This document shows, in pieces, positions 30,791 through 43,737 of a DNA stretch of 64,000 bases. Location of the stretch: assembly GCF_026210795.1 (NCBI RefSeq), contig NC_089434.1, positions 4,588,001 through 4,652,000 on the forward strand, given 5' to 3'. Position numbers and translations under genes: made by a program. The notes below the pieces were generated by a model. It was given only the letters and a program-made list of their open reading frames with translations, did no database searches and was not told where the DNA came from. How positions within the stretch are numbered: the stretch's first letter is position 1; every line of letters starts with the position of its first letter. This stretch comes from Rhizophagus irregularis. Taxonomy: Eukaryota.

Positions 30791-31819
30791 AAATGTATTA
30801 CTTTCAATACACTAGTTGAAATAGGACAATTCAACCTAAATTTGACTAGGTTGAATATCGGTCTAATGGTGGTCCATTATTCGTACTGTAATGTATTCGA
30901 CACAACTTTTTATATTTATTTATTAATATAGTTTAATATTAGTTCCAATTTCAAAATTTATTAAATTTATTAAACACTTAAATATATATATGTATATTAG
31001 CTATAAATAAAAAAAAAGTCAAAGTTCAGTTCTTAGTATCGCAATCATGTGATCGCATCATGAAAAGAACGAACGTTAAAAATCGTCTCGCTATACCTAA
31101 AGAAAAAATAAAGTCCGAGTCCGACTTAAATAAAAATTCAGAAAAACAAAAATTAAAAAAAAATTTCAAAACGAACTGTTTTGAAACTTACCAATCGATC
31201 CTATTTTTCAGTTTCCAACCTACCAATTCGATTCAGGAAGTGCGAATCTGTCGATTTCTACAAACAAATTAAAGATAAAAAAAAATTGATAAAAAAAAAT
31301 CAAAATTAATAATAAAAATAAAACTTACCAATTCCAAGACGCTGATCTACGTCCTACAAAAGAAAACCACCGAAGCGGAAAAAAATTCCAAAGAACCGCC
31401 CTATAAAAGTAAGATAGGAATGGTAGGGAAAAACGAGAGAGGAGAGGGAAAGAGGAGAGGGAAAGAGGAGAGGGAAGGAGGGAAGGGTGAGAGGGGAAGA
31501 GAGAAAGAAGGCCAAAATAAAGAAATAGAAACGTTAATATAGTATAACGTTTCTTTTTAAATACTGCTAAGATTCGTAATACTTACAAATCTTAGTTCCC
31601 ACCCGAACCTATTAAAAAAAGAATAAGATCGGTTAGTAACCGTTCCATAATATTAAAAAAAAAAAAAAAAGAATACGAATTGTAATTTATTGAGTATTCT
31701 ATGACACTCAAAAAAATAAATCGCATAATAAAGTGAAAATGAGTGAATATGAATATGATTAAGTGATATAGCATTGTAATGTAAATAAATTATAATATTA
31801 TATACATAGATTCCTTACC

Positions 31820-32709
31820 TGTTTTCTTGATAAACAACATATCGAATAAAAATACTCCTGAGCTCCGTTCATTATAGATATTCTAGGCGATGGTTGTGTT
31901 GTTGTTTGTGTATTTATCCCTGGGCGCATGATATCCTCCGTATTGGAGAACGATTGGAGGTGATATGCCAGGACGAGACATTCCAGTATTTATTTGTCGT
32001 GGTGAAGGCGCGAACTCCTATCATTGAAGGTGGAACAGTAGGTGGACGAACATTTGCAAACAAAGATTTTTAATTTTCTTCGCTTGAGCTGCCAATAACC
32101 GTTCTAAGGTATGCCAATAAAAAAAAAATGGTCACCCATTGAAAGCAATACATTCAATTCGGAAGAAATACGAACCTGCTGCACTTCCATGTCTTTCGCC
32201 TTTACCATCCTTTTTGAACGCGTATGATACAGTAATTGGTTTATTCATCAGATATTGTCCGTTCATTGCATCAATTGCCGCATCTGAAGAATCGAAATTA
32301 TCACATGAAATAAACCCATATCCTTTACCATCACCAGTATCGGGATCTCATGCAATCTAAATTAAATATTTCGACTTAATAAAATTAAATATGTAAAATG
32401 AATTCGATATTCGATTATTAGTCTATATTAAAACCTCAGGAGTCTGTACGATAACACCAAAAGCGCTGAACGTATCGTACCAGGATCCAAATTCCTTATA
32501 AATAATGAAGCGTCTACGTCCAAATTCTTTTTGTCCGAAGTTGCCTAATAATAATACGACGAAGCGTTAATGCTACATAGTAAACAATAAAAGCAAACCA
32601 AGATGTTTCCGCTTACTTTATTGACACGAATAGGCTTCCCATACAGCTTGATTTGATTCATTATTTTTAATAACATAATCTGCATGATCTGCATGATCCA
32701 CAAACCATA
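31820..32709 (-). pseudogene. SF3B4: Splicing factor SF3B4/Hsh49 pseudogene fragment, copy 2 (convergent)
   Basis: Reverse complement of copy 1, extended by [13 protein letters not shown] / ERLLAAQAKK and a Pro-rich tail; same TGA stop; lacks the N-terminus. Confidence 0.9.
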
Positions 32710-34548
32710 CCACTATCGCACTACTTAAAAAAAAGAATGCCATCGTTATCATTATCATTATCATCACCATCATCACATCATCATTATCTCCATCATAAAT
32801 AATGTCTCACTTGTCGTGTCTTTAAAGACTATTAAAGACTATTAAAAACAGTATTGATACTTAACATAATCAAATCTTTATTTGAAGATCAAAAAAAGGT
32901 AAAGCTACGATATACCTGTGCTCAAACCTTAAGTCGATGAACTTGTTACATCGTTATCTTCCGGAACCGATATCTCGACCTCCTCTTTTACTACATTAAA
33001 GCTTCTTGTACTTTGTTTCATGGTTCCTACAACGTTATTTTTTAATAACGACGGATTTTTCTATTGTAGCAGATATCCTATTGAAAAGCGAAGTACAGTC
33101 AACTCTATAAATGCAAGCCCCGGCTCGCTTCAGGAAAAAAGGTTAAAATTGTATATGCGGGTTGGATATGTATTAATGAATAATTATTTTGATGATCAGA
33201 ATCTACAAGTAATTTATAATTTATTATTAATATTAAAATCACATGATTGTGAGTAATTCAAATTATTGAATCTTAGTAGTGAAATTTAATAAAATATTGA
33301 ATTTACTGAAATCATTTTGGACTAGATTTCAAGTCATTAAATATTCAATTTTCTGAGAGATGAATTTTTTGGGTAAAATTTACCTTAAAGTTATGATAAT
33401 AGCAATTTTATAAGATCTATTCTTTTTGATGTTATTAAAAATTTTCAATACTTAAACACAGCAAAAATTTTACCACTATAAGTTTACGTGTATTTCTGAA
33501 AATTGGAATTATCGATTTAAGGAGACCGATAAAATTCAATTATTCTCTTTCACTAAAAGAAATAAATAATACTATGTTTGGCTACTAATCATTTAATTGG
33601 CCAATTCGTATTATTTTTAAAACTTTATACTCGTTCAAATTCATGTTTCTTGATAAAGATGCGCAATGTCATCTTTTATAATCATCACGTTGTTAAATCA
33701 GAAACAAACCCCGTACGTTAGGCTAGATACAAAACACGGTTCGACGCATCGAAATCAGATATTGAAAGAGTAACATTATAATTGAAAATCTTTATTTTAC
33801 GCGTTTTAACATTACATAAAAATTTAGTTATAATATTGAACGTCATTGCTTTTGTTACCTGATTACGCTGGCTATTTGCATTGCTTAATTACCGCTTTAT
33901 CTGATTTTTTTTTTTAAAAAAAATGTAATTGTAAATATTTATGTATTAAACAATAGAATTTATTTTAGTACATATTTTTTTTTTTTTGAATGTAAAATAA
34001 TTTGATTCATGTATTTTACATGATACGAATGATATCTAATCAAAATTTAATTATTGTAAGCGAAGGTACACGTGATTATATTATTGGGCATTATGCATTA
34101 TGTATCACATGTCATCGTTAAAAAAAATGACATATGACCAATTCTGGACCGAAATGTGGAAAAAAAATAATAAAGATTAACGTTTTTAAGTTAACGTTGG
34201 GCTAACTAAATCAAACCCTCATATTAAATTTTATTATTGAAAAAATTAGAACCGAAATTATCAAAATTGGGAAATGCCAAGATCTTTAAGTGTATTACCG
34301 GGGTTGTAATATACCCATGTAAATTATTCAGTAGACATTGGTACATATCCATTTATGTAACAACATAATGTTATCATTGTTATGCTTATCATTTTTATAA
34401 ACTTAATTTTGTAGCTATTAACAGTTAAAGTGAAAATTTAACTTTATTTATAAAAATAAGCAAATAAAAAAATAATTCTATACTATTAAAAAATAATACT
34501 TTTAAGAAAATTAATATATTATAAAAAAAAGAAAAGAAAAATAAAATT

Positions 34549-35979
34549 TTATAATTTAATTACACCTTCTTTCATATATTTTAACACCACATTTTTTTGA
34601 TCATCAGGCCATAAATCCATTTCATGATGAGTAAATTTAATAGGGTTCCTTTTTTTACATTTCCAACATTTAAAAAATGCTTCTAAACCATCTTTTGAGA
34701 AATTCCAATCATCCCCAGAGAATTCTCGTAAGGATGAAGGAGACTCATTACTTATTATTTCTAATAAGTTGTCTCCAACGTCGGAATGTGTTGAAACATT
34801 TATATTAAAGGATAATTTTTCTAAATGTGTGCAATTAGTAAAAATCCTTTTGATTTCACAAAAATTTCTAGGGTCAATATCCAAATTTAAATTTTTTAAA
34901 TTTGGACAATTTTTTGCTATTGCTTTAATTAAATTTAAATTTTCGGCCTGATAATCTTGAAATTCTAGTGAATAGCATATATCAATTTCTATAATGTTCT
35001 CATCGGAATTTTCAATTATTAAGCATTCAACACTACTTTGTATAAATGTAGCTTCAAAGCATTGAAGTTTTGGAAAACAAACTTTATCTAAACAATCTTC
35101 CCATTGTTTCCAGTCTACATTCATATAACAGATATCAAGTTCATTTCTATCATTATTAATAATCTCCAAATGTTGTAGATTTATTAAATTTAAAAATGAG
35201 TCAGGATCGATAAGTGGTGCTACTATAAACTTTTTCAATGTAGCAGCCTTTTTCTTGATCGCATTGCTTAATAGTGGGTATTTGTTTTCATTATCAATAA
35301 AATGTAAAAATAAGTACCGCAGATCATGTTGCATTTCAATAAATGAAGCTAATCCTTCAGAATCCTCATTACAATAATTAACTTCTAAATTTTTTATATT
35401 CTGGCAAATAGTGGCAAGTTCGAATAATGTTTTTGAAGTTACCATGTTATTTTCAAAACTAATTCCAAGAGATTGTAGGTTTAAAAAAAATGATCCCGCA
35501 CTTGGAAATTTATAGAATTCTTTACCAGTATTTAAATAAAAATGCTTCACATTTTTACAATTTTCGAAAATTAAATTGTAAATTTGGTTTTCTAATAAAT
35601 TTTTTTTATGAATAGAATCTTCTTCAATAAAAAGTTGCACCATGTCTTTAATCCAAAATGTCGTGATTTGAGTAAAACAATTCATGTAATCAAATGTTGG
35701 TTTTCTTGGTAATTTATATGAAGGCAGTATAATATTATTTTTGATCAAAAGGTTTTCTGATTCGATCGATAAAAAATTGGCTATTACTTTATATAATTTT
35801 ATACGTGATTCCCTGTCACGATTATAGGCAATTACATTACGAGAGATATATTTCCATAGGAAAGGTACGGCTATATTAGACCAGGATCTATTCACAAGGA
35901 CGCAAGAATGTAAAGATGAAAGATCATCTTGTAATTCGAGCATAATCAATAAAAGTATATCTGAGTAAAGTTGAACCAT
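34549..35979 (-). CDS. F-box-like N-terminus plus LRR/RNI-like repeat protein (476 aa)
   Basis: Intact single-exon ORF; N-terminal SLHSCVLVNRSWSNIAVPFLW F-box-like motif; repeats such as CQNIKNLEV, CPNLKNLNL and CTHLEKLSF. Confidence 0.88.
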   Translation of the reverse strand: MVQLYSDILLLIMLELQDDLSSLHSCVLVNRSWSNIAVPFLWKYISRNVIAYNRDRESRIKLYKVIANFLSIESENLLIKNNIILPSYKLPRKPTFDYMNCFTQITTFWIKDMVQLFIEEDSIHKKNLLENQIYNLIFENCKNVKHFYLNTGKEFYKFPSAGSFFLNLQSLGISFENNMVTSKTLFELATICQNIKNLEVNYCNEDSEGLASFIEMQHDLRYLFLHFIDNENKYPLLSNAIKKKAATLKKFIVAPLIDPDSFLNLINLQHLEIINNDRNELDICYMNVDWKQWEDCLDKVCFPKLQCFEATFIQSSVECLIIENSDENIIEIDICYSLEFQDYQAENLNLIKAIAKNCPNLKNLNLDIDPRNFCEIKRIFTNCTHLEKLSFNINVSTHSDVGDNLLEIISNESPSSLREFSGDDWNFSKDGLEAFFKCWKCKKRNPIKFTHHEMDLWPDDQKNVVLKYMKEGVIKL

Positions 35980-37039
35980 AGCTATGATGAAGAGAAGAAT
36001 AAATAGTATGAATGATTATTATGTATGAAGAATAGTATTGTATAAACGATTGAATAGAATGAAAAAAATTATAATGTCAAAACCAACAAGATACATCCAT
36101 GTTATATATATAAAAAAAAAGTTATAATTATTAGGTGCCTAATATAAATTTTTTATAGTAGGGGCTTTAAATACAATGATTATGCTATGTTCCGATTTCC
36201 GGTTTATGTTGGCAAATCTGAGTCGGCCGTTAGGTGTAATTGTATCAAAATCAATAAACTTGGTTTGGGAAATCAAGGCTGTATCAAAATCAATTATTAA
36301 AATTTTATCATACATTAAAATCAAAGATTCCGAATATTATTTTTATCATCATTTTTTATATAATAGAATTTTCTCGTTTATTAACTTTTAGTTTGATAAA
36401 ATGTTTTATATTATAATATTTAGTTTGAAACTTGTGCATTGAATAACTTTTTCATTTTCTTTAATCCCTTTTTAAAGAAATGAAACTTTTACATTTTCAA
36501 AAAAATGATTATCTAATGCGTAATATTCGAGAACTTTTTTTGTGACATAAAAATGTTTCATGTGTATTATATTGTTTTTGGATTTAGTTTTAGACACAGA
36601 ATGCTCGTGTGACAAATATTATAGAATTTGTCTGCGGTCATATTCTTATTTAAAATTGCATTACATATTGTTACAGTTACAGAAAAAGGATTAAAAGGAT
36701 TAAGGTTTCAGTACACCCGAGTTACTGTACATACGGCCAATAAAATGTGGTTCAATTTTAATAATTGTGCAAATTTAAGACAAAAAAGTCAATATGTATA
36801 ATGTATAATTCATGATATATAAAGCTAACAATGGTTTTCAGTGTTAAAAAAGTTTCATGCCTCTACGTGTTGTCAATTTCTTTTACAAACGTAGATGCAA
36901 GAGTGGATTTCATGAAAAATTATTTTCTAGTCATGTGATACTGTCAGCTACAATATAATAAAAATTACATCATTTTTTGATTCTGTAGAAGTATTATGTA
37001 AATATGTTACACTAGTAATATACTTCTATTTTGATCTTC

Positions 37040-37730
37040 GTTTCATTCCGAAACTGTCGAAACCTGGAGAAATTTCCGAAACTTCCGAAACCTGGCGACG
37101 TGAATTCTTTTTAATTGGTGACTAAATTTAGTGATGTTGTTAAATTTTCTCAAGATATTTTGTATGTTATTCCAACATTAATGTTAATTTAATTTTGTTC
37201 TTGAACCTAACAGTCAATTAGAATTTTTAATTCATACGTCTATTAAGTGAAAGTCATACTGGCGAATTTTATCCGAAACAATTGTTAATGAATTGGTCCA
37301 GCAAATTTTTCAGTAACTGTAACAGATTCAGGAATCAGGAGCAAGTATTCTACAGAAAAATATAAAATATTCTTTAATGTACGTTGTATGGCACATGTTA
37401 TTAATTTGATTTCAAAAGATATTTGCCTGTAAATCGGATTTTAACAAAGTGTAATACTACAGTGACATATTTTAAAAAAAGTTCCCTTCCTATCCTTGTT
37501 CCTATCCTTTGACAAAAGTAATCTTTCTTTAACAATGAATATAATTGGTATATATATATATATTTTTTTATGTAATATAATTTACGTTTCGTCTAAAATT
37601 GATAAAAATTTATTTTTTAAAAATTTTCTAAAGCCTGGAGGTTAATTGAAAAAGTGGATAGATACCAGATGGCATACTATGTATGACTGTTGATTCAATT
37701 ATCATGAAGTACCATTAGAAAATGTAAGAT
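37040..37730 (+). pseudogene. hAT transposase remnant with subterminal repeats
   Basis: SESHTGEF, VRCMAHVINLISKDIC (CxxH motif) and KKWIDTRWHTMYDC (TRW motif); upstream CCGAAAC/GGAGAAA repeats resemble those of the MITE at 56263. Confidence 0.8.
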
Positions 37731-37810
37731 TTTGAAATTATTGTCTGAATTCATTTAATTCCTGATTTAACAAATAATTTCTTTTTTTTTTGCCTTTTTA
37801 TTTAGTCAAA

Positions 37811-37955
37811 TGTGTTGGTTGGATCACTTTTGTGCACCATCGACCGATCAGGATATTTTTTGATAGATTTGAGTAAGAGCATGTCTGCTAGGACCCGAAA
37901 GATGGTGAACTATGGTGAAGTCAGAGGAAACTCTGATGGAGGCTCGTAGCGGTTC
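37811..37955 (+). rRNA. Dispersed 28S (LSU) rRNA gene fragment, non-functional
   Basis: GTGCACCATCGACCGATC...GAGTAAGAGCAT...GGACCCGAAAGATGGTGAACTATG [deletion] GTGAAG.CAGAGGAAACTCTG.TGGAGGCTCGTAGCGGTTC matches the conserved eukaryotic LSU D3 region. Confidence 0.9.
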
Positions 37956-40390
37956 CAAAATGTGAATAACCCGAAACTCTTTAACTGCAGAATTGTTGTT
38001 AAGTAAATTTAATAGGGTTTCTATAAAGAATAATTGTATCCAAGAATCAAGGCTAGCCGCCTAGGCTTCTTTCATCAGCTCAAATCCTGAAACGGTTGTT
38101 ACAGCAAGAATCAGTACTACTGCGTAACTTCACTAGATTCACGATTAATACAGAATTTGTACACAATAATAACTAAAGTTTCCAATCAATCCCTTCAATA
38201 TATATAATTTGAATGCTGCAAGCCACTAACTCGTGATTTGTATTCAAATTGTTTTCGTCTAACGAAACTCCAATGCAATCACTTGTCATAATTGAGCTTG
38301 TAAGTGAGTGTTCATGAAAGAGCAGGATAACGGCTTGATTTTCTCAATAATCTTTATTCTACCCATATTATCAAGATTTTATTAATAAAAATCAAATGTG
38401 TTGGATACAACGTTTGAAACAGTTTGAAACCTTGCTCTCTTTAATTATTTAATGTTTGTTGTTAAATATTTGTGCTACCCTTTTGTGTTTTTAAGTGATG
38501 CTGAATCTAAACGTTCTTTTAAGGATTCAGCGTCTAATTCATATTTTCTACAAATCAACTTGTGTTGATTTCGATTTATCAACATCTTAAGTCTTTTTCG
38601 GCTGTTTAGATCTCATTTCTTTCCTATTATGACGTTTTTCGGTGATAAATATTTCTTGATGGAAAGACACTGAATTGCTGCTGATCTTATAAATCAAGTA
38701 TATAATATATTTATATCGTATAATTGGTATATCTAACTATGATCTCTTCATAACTTCAAATGACAAAACCATAAACGACTTAAAGCTGCAAAATTCTGTG
38801 TAATGACGTTGATGATATAATTGTCAATAGATCGCAACCACTTTAAACAGTGTTGGCTGTTCAGTTGTAAAATCATTAAAGTCTTTTAATATTAGTAAAA
38901 TATATATATCTTCTTTATTATACTAACAAGTGTACTGAAATAACAATAGAAAGTCTCAATTAATTTGACCAAATTTTTTTTATAAAGAACTTTATAATAG
39001 TCGGCGTGATTTTTTTTTTATTAGTATGTTTCGATTAAAGAAAGCATATCGGGACGTTTAGTTCTCGTGATAAAAACAAATTAATTATCGTGATGGCCAG
39101 TGATGATTCTTTAACAGTATGACATCGTTATCAGATTTTATTATATATATAAAAAAGGTTTAAATAACTTTGAGTTTCTTATTATGTGATTGTTATATCA
39201 GATTTTCTTATGAATTCTTCTTTGTATATATTTTTTTTTCTTCTACATTAGAAGATCTTCCCTTAATAACAATTTTTTTTTTATCATTATGCCTTTACTA
39301 GTCAATACACCAATTCTTTTTCTTTTAATTTGTTGTGTCGCAATCAATATCTAAGTGATCGAACGAAGGACGAAATTGATTCATTATCTGCTGGGGACGC
39401 CGCCAATGATAAATATATTACAATTAATTCGATATACTTAAACTTTGAATTTTTTTAAAAATTAATATAAAATTCTTATCATTTAGACTTTCACGATTGT
39501 TTATGCTTCAAGGTATTAACATTTTGCTTAACCTCTTTTTTTAGCTTTTCTTTTAAAAGCCCATCCACTTGATAATGTGAACACGTTAACAAAGTAGTAA
39601 ATCCAATGAATGAATAAGCCCAAATTTTGAATGGGTTTTCTTTAGACGGCTAAAAACGCGTTGAAATTCGGTGGGAAAGGGAGCGGGAGGGCGTATTTCG
39701 TACTTTTCATTGAGTTTGCATCACCTTTAATTATTTGCATTATTTTTTAAGACCTAGTGAATTATCGAGAATTGGATCAGAATTTCCAGAAAATCTAAAA
39801 AGCGGATAAAGTAATTATAGTAATCTACCCATACGTGATATACTGTAATACTGAGGATTAGGATTTTTAGATGATGAAAAAGATCATCTCCATAGCGATA
39901 GGATTTGAAAAAGTAAATCTATAAATTAAAAGAAAGGAAGTTATTTTAAAATAAAACAACAAACTAAGAGAGATAGCACAAGATATATAATAACGCACAT
40001 GATACATTATCATAACTGTAAGGACTGTAATATCGGTGTTGCTTCCTTCTAAGATTTCAAATTTCCGAGCGTCTGAAGACCGAAATGAAGACAAACCATG
40101 CGTGATGTACGGTAATACTGAGGATTAGGATTTTTAGATGATGAAAAAGATCATCTCCGTAGGATTTGAAAAAGTAAATCTATAAATTAAAAGAAAGGAA
40201 GTTAAAAACAATAAACCCAAGAGAAGATAATAAGTGTCATTGTTGGTTATTGATTTAACGCTCCACAAGATCTATAAATAACACACCTAATACATTATCA
40301 TAACTGTAAGGACTATAATATCGGTGTTGCTTCCTTCAAGATTTCAAATACCCGAGCGTCTGAAGACCGAAATGAAGACAAACCTATAAA
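37956..40390 (-). pseudogene. Unidentified multi-exon pseudogene
   Basis: Protein-like fragments (YLSLAASPADNESISSFVRSL, EIRPPAPFPPNF, ELDAESLKERL, AAFKLYIEGIDW) separated by AT-rich intron-like gaps; many stops. Confidence 0.35.
39834..40384. repeat. Tandem duplication, two copies of ~265-285 bp
   Basis: CGTGAT.TAC.GTAATACTGAGGATTAGG...GAAGACAAACC at 39834-40097 and 40101-40384. Confidence 0.9.
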
Positions 40391-41267
40391 AAGGGGGGAC
40401 GAAAAAAAAAATTAATTAAAGAAAAAATTTTACATTTCCACAAGAGATCCGCTGAAACGAGAACGTAACCTGAAAAATTTTTCACTTTGAGAAAAACATT
40501 TAATTTGGGTGAAAGGGAAGGTTGAAGAGAGGAAAAGGAGAGGGGAAACGAAAGAGAGGAAGAGAAAGGGAAGAACAAAAAAAAGAGAAGGAAAAAAAAG
40601 TTAGTAAAAAAAGATCGTTAGTATTTTATCACGCGCCACGCGCCGGTAAATTTGAATTTTTCCGCAGCAGATTGCGTGATACATATAGTATATAAACCAA
40701 GTGGTGTATTATTACACAACATGTCACACAAAATATCTTTCGTTATACATTTGAAAAAAAAATATAGCCTTATCGTAAAAATAACGCATAGATAATACTA
40801 TGATATACTATAGATTTTGATCAACTATATATAATCAATTGAAAATGTAGATCCATCATCAAAATAAAAAAAATAACTAATTTACACTAGTCAAAAAGAA
40901 AACATGCATTAGTCAATTAAAAAATAAATAAATAAATACATACAATGGATATTTGGATATTTTCTGTTCTTTTGTTATATGCAATGCTTGAAAAGTTCTT
41001 ACTCTGTGCATCAACAAATGCCGTTGTTTTTGTTTACTCCGTTTTTTATTGGCCAATTTATAACTAATTTCTCTTTTGAAAAAGTAGAGTCTACTAAATC
41101 GGTATTGTTTACATGACGACATACACTATCATTCACTTATAAATAAGTAATTCTTGTTTTTTACCTATTTCCTTCGCGTTTTTATTTTCTCTCTCTCTCT
41201 TTCTTTGCCATAATATTGTCTTTCACTCCCAAAATTTTTTTATTTTTCTAATCTTTATTTTGTAAAA

Positions 41268-41870
41268 ATGAAAACCGAAATTAATACGATTCCAAATTCG
41301 CAAAATTATAAAGTTTCAAAGAGACAACAAGAAATATACAATACCATGGAAAGAACCATCAGTCAAAAAAGTTCAAACTTTAATTACCCAACCGTAAATA
41401 TAACCGATATAACTGTGAAAGTAAATGAATATCGGTCAAATAATCAAACGTTGTCCAAAAAGAGAGAATACGATACAGACGATGTTATGAAGGCTATTCT
41501 TAATGTACCCAAAATCGAAGCCGCGGATCTTGAAGTTGAGGATGTAAATATGTTCGCAGACATATGTCTGCTAAATCATATTTTAACATTCGATGCAGAA
41601 CAAAATCAAGAAAGAATTGAGGTTATATCACAAATCCTAATCATCATGGAAACTTGGCGAGACATATTAAGGACAGCGTATATACTCGACCAACTTGAAA
41701 GTAAACGCCCGGAGAAGGAGAAAGGAATTTCAAGAATCCAAATTAAATTTGAAGAACTAAACAACAAGACCAGCAAAATTCTCGATGATTTAGAAGAAAT
41801 TTTAGCCGCATGTGACGCAAACCTTGATGACGTCAAAATTCTTCTATATGATAAGGCAACGCTATTCTAA
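41268..41870 (+). CDS. Hypothetical protein (200 aa), C-terminal half likely helical
   Basis: Intact ATG-TAA ORF with AAAATG context, pyrimidine-rich leader and T-rich trailer; ordinary amino-acid composition; no recognised domain. Confidence 0.7.
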   Translation: MKTEINTIPNSQNYKVSKRQQEIYNTMERTISQKSSNFNYPTVNITDITVKVNEYRSNNQTLSKKREYDTDDVMKAILNVPKIEAADLEVEDVNMFADICLLNHILTFDAEQNQERIEVISQILIIMETWRDILRTAYILDQLESKRPEKEKGISRIQIKFEELNNKTSKILDDLEEILAACDANLDDVKILLYDKATLF

Positions 41871-43559
41871 AAGCTTGCTGGTAGTATGTGTTATGTTTTT
41901 CCTATTTTGTACATATTTTCTGTGCGTTGTTCTACAATTCTTTTAAAAGTAAATTTTGTTATTTGTTCCATGCAATGTATATTCTTTTTTGGTTAGATCT
42001 AAGATTATTTCTTTTTTATTTATTTTATTTTTTTTCCTTTAATTTACATCTTTTTTTTCGTATGATTATAGATTTATTTTTTTTTCATGGATAAATAACG
42101 TAATATATTATATTTGTTGACACGAAAAAATTTTTTTTTCGTAATTATGAATAAATTATATCTATTTGTGATGGTAATGATTTGATGAATTTTCATACCT
42201 CTCTATAAGGAAGTATGATATTGTTATGTAAGAACATAGTTTATGTCATCTGGAAAATGTTTTCATCGGGCTGATTTTAAGAGAAAAAAGCGGGAGGGAT
42301 TTCTCCTTTGGTTATCATTCCCTTGTGATTGTGTGAAGCCAATTTTTTTTCATGAGAAAAAAATTTCGTATTACTTCGGATTGCTTTTTTTTTTTTAAAA
42401 AAAAAAGAAATTTGGATTATTCACTTTACTAACAAATTTCCCACTAAAATCTCAACTATTACATACGGACATAATTCTACAGAACGTCTGACTCAAGATT
42501 ACACGCTCAAAGAAATCATTCGAGAATAGATAATAGTGGTGCGACCAAGGTCATTAACCTAAGATAAAGGTTTTTATTCCGTCTGACCGAAATACTGTAT
42601 ATCAACCTAAATTGACGATTTTGAGAAAGGCGATGTCATTTTTGAAAGGAAAGTTTGTGGAATATCCTGGGTGGTATTCTGTAAGTATCCAAATTTTTCA
42701 ATGTGTAGATGATTCTCTCACTTTGTTTATTTCGCCTCATAATAACACTAACATCATAGAGAATTTGGATTTGATACGATGCCGTCAATTAGAGTTTTTC
42801 CAAATTATATATTATGTAATTAAAAAAAATTTTAATCCTGGTAGAATTTTGCCTTCTCAAATTTTCAGTAGCTGAAAATCACGTAGATGTCAGTGAAAAG
42901 GGAAACCCTATATCAAAGTAGCAAAAAAGAAAAAATGAAAAAAAATAATATGAATTAGGAATTTGTATTTTATATAAATAAAACCTCTTAAATCTCTGTT
43001 TCGATTTTTTGTTCTTGTGTATCAATTTTATAATAACAATTTAAATAATATACTTGATTATTAAATATAAACATAGAAGGGTCATACGTATGTATTAATG
43101 AAAAAAAATCATACATACATAAAATCATAAAATCATTCATACATTACCCAGATCAAGGCGTATGATTGTCTGATGATTTTAGAACATTAAGAGGTATTGG
43201 CTATAACCATGCTCTCTGATCATTTGACTTAAGTTTTTGTATATTTTGCAGATTGAATTATAAAGATATTTACTTGAGAAAAATTATACATCTAAATGCA
43301 AGTCATCACAGTCGTCTTATAGTTATAATATATAAATACCTCTTTGATCGAAATATTCATGTTCTATGAAGCGTTATATCGGTACATCAAAATATATTAC
43401 CCATTATTCTCATGTTCTTAATATGTTATCGGTAATTTCATTATCTGTTCATTGGTAGTTAACTAAGAAAAAATAATAATAGAACGTGGAATGAATAATG
43501 CCAGATGATCACCCTGATCAGAACGCTTTTACACTTAACTAAAAAAATTATAAAATATT

Positions 43560-43737
43560 TACACACACCTCTATAAATGCACCCTCTATAAGTGCATGCA
43601 CTATATAAATTCTCTTTAAGTACCGGTGGCTGTCCCAACTTATTAATATTTTACTCTCTATAAATGCACACCTTATCTAAGTGCACATTCTACTATTATC
43701 TTACTATGGTCCCAAGGGATGCACTTAGAGAGTATCT
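43560..43737. mobile_element. Degenerate family A MITE
   Basis: Contains CTCTATAAATGCACC repeats and GGTCCCAAGGG-TGCA, as in the other family A copies; termini eroded. Confidence 0.65.

Noticed and set aside
31420..31510. GAGGAGAGGGAAA purine tract as G-quadruplex or telomeric seed
   Set aside because: More simply a pyrimidine-rich leader of a minus-strand gene remnant; a similar tract occurs at 40510-40600.
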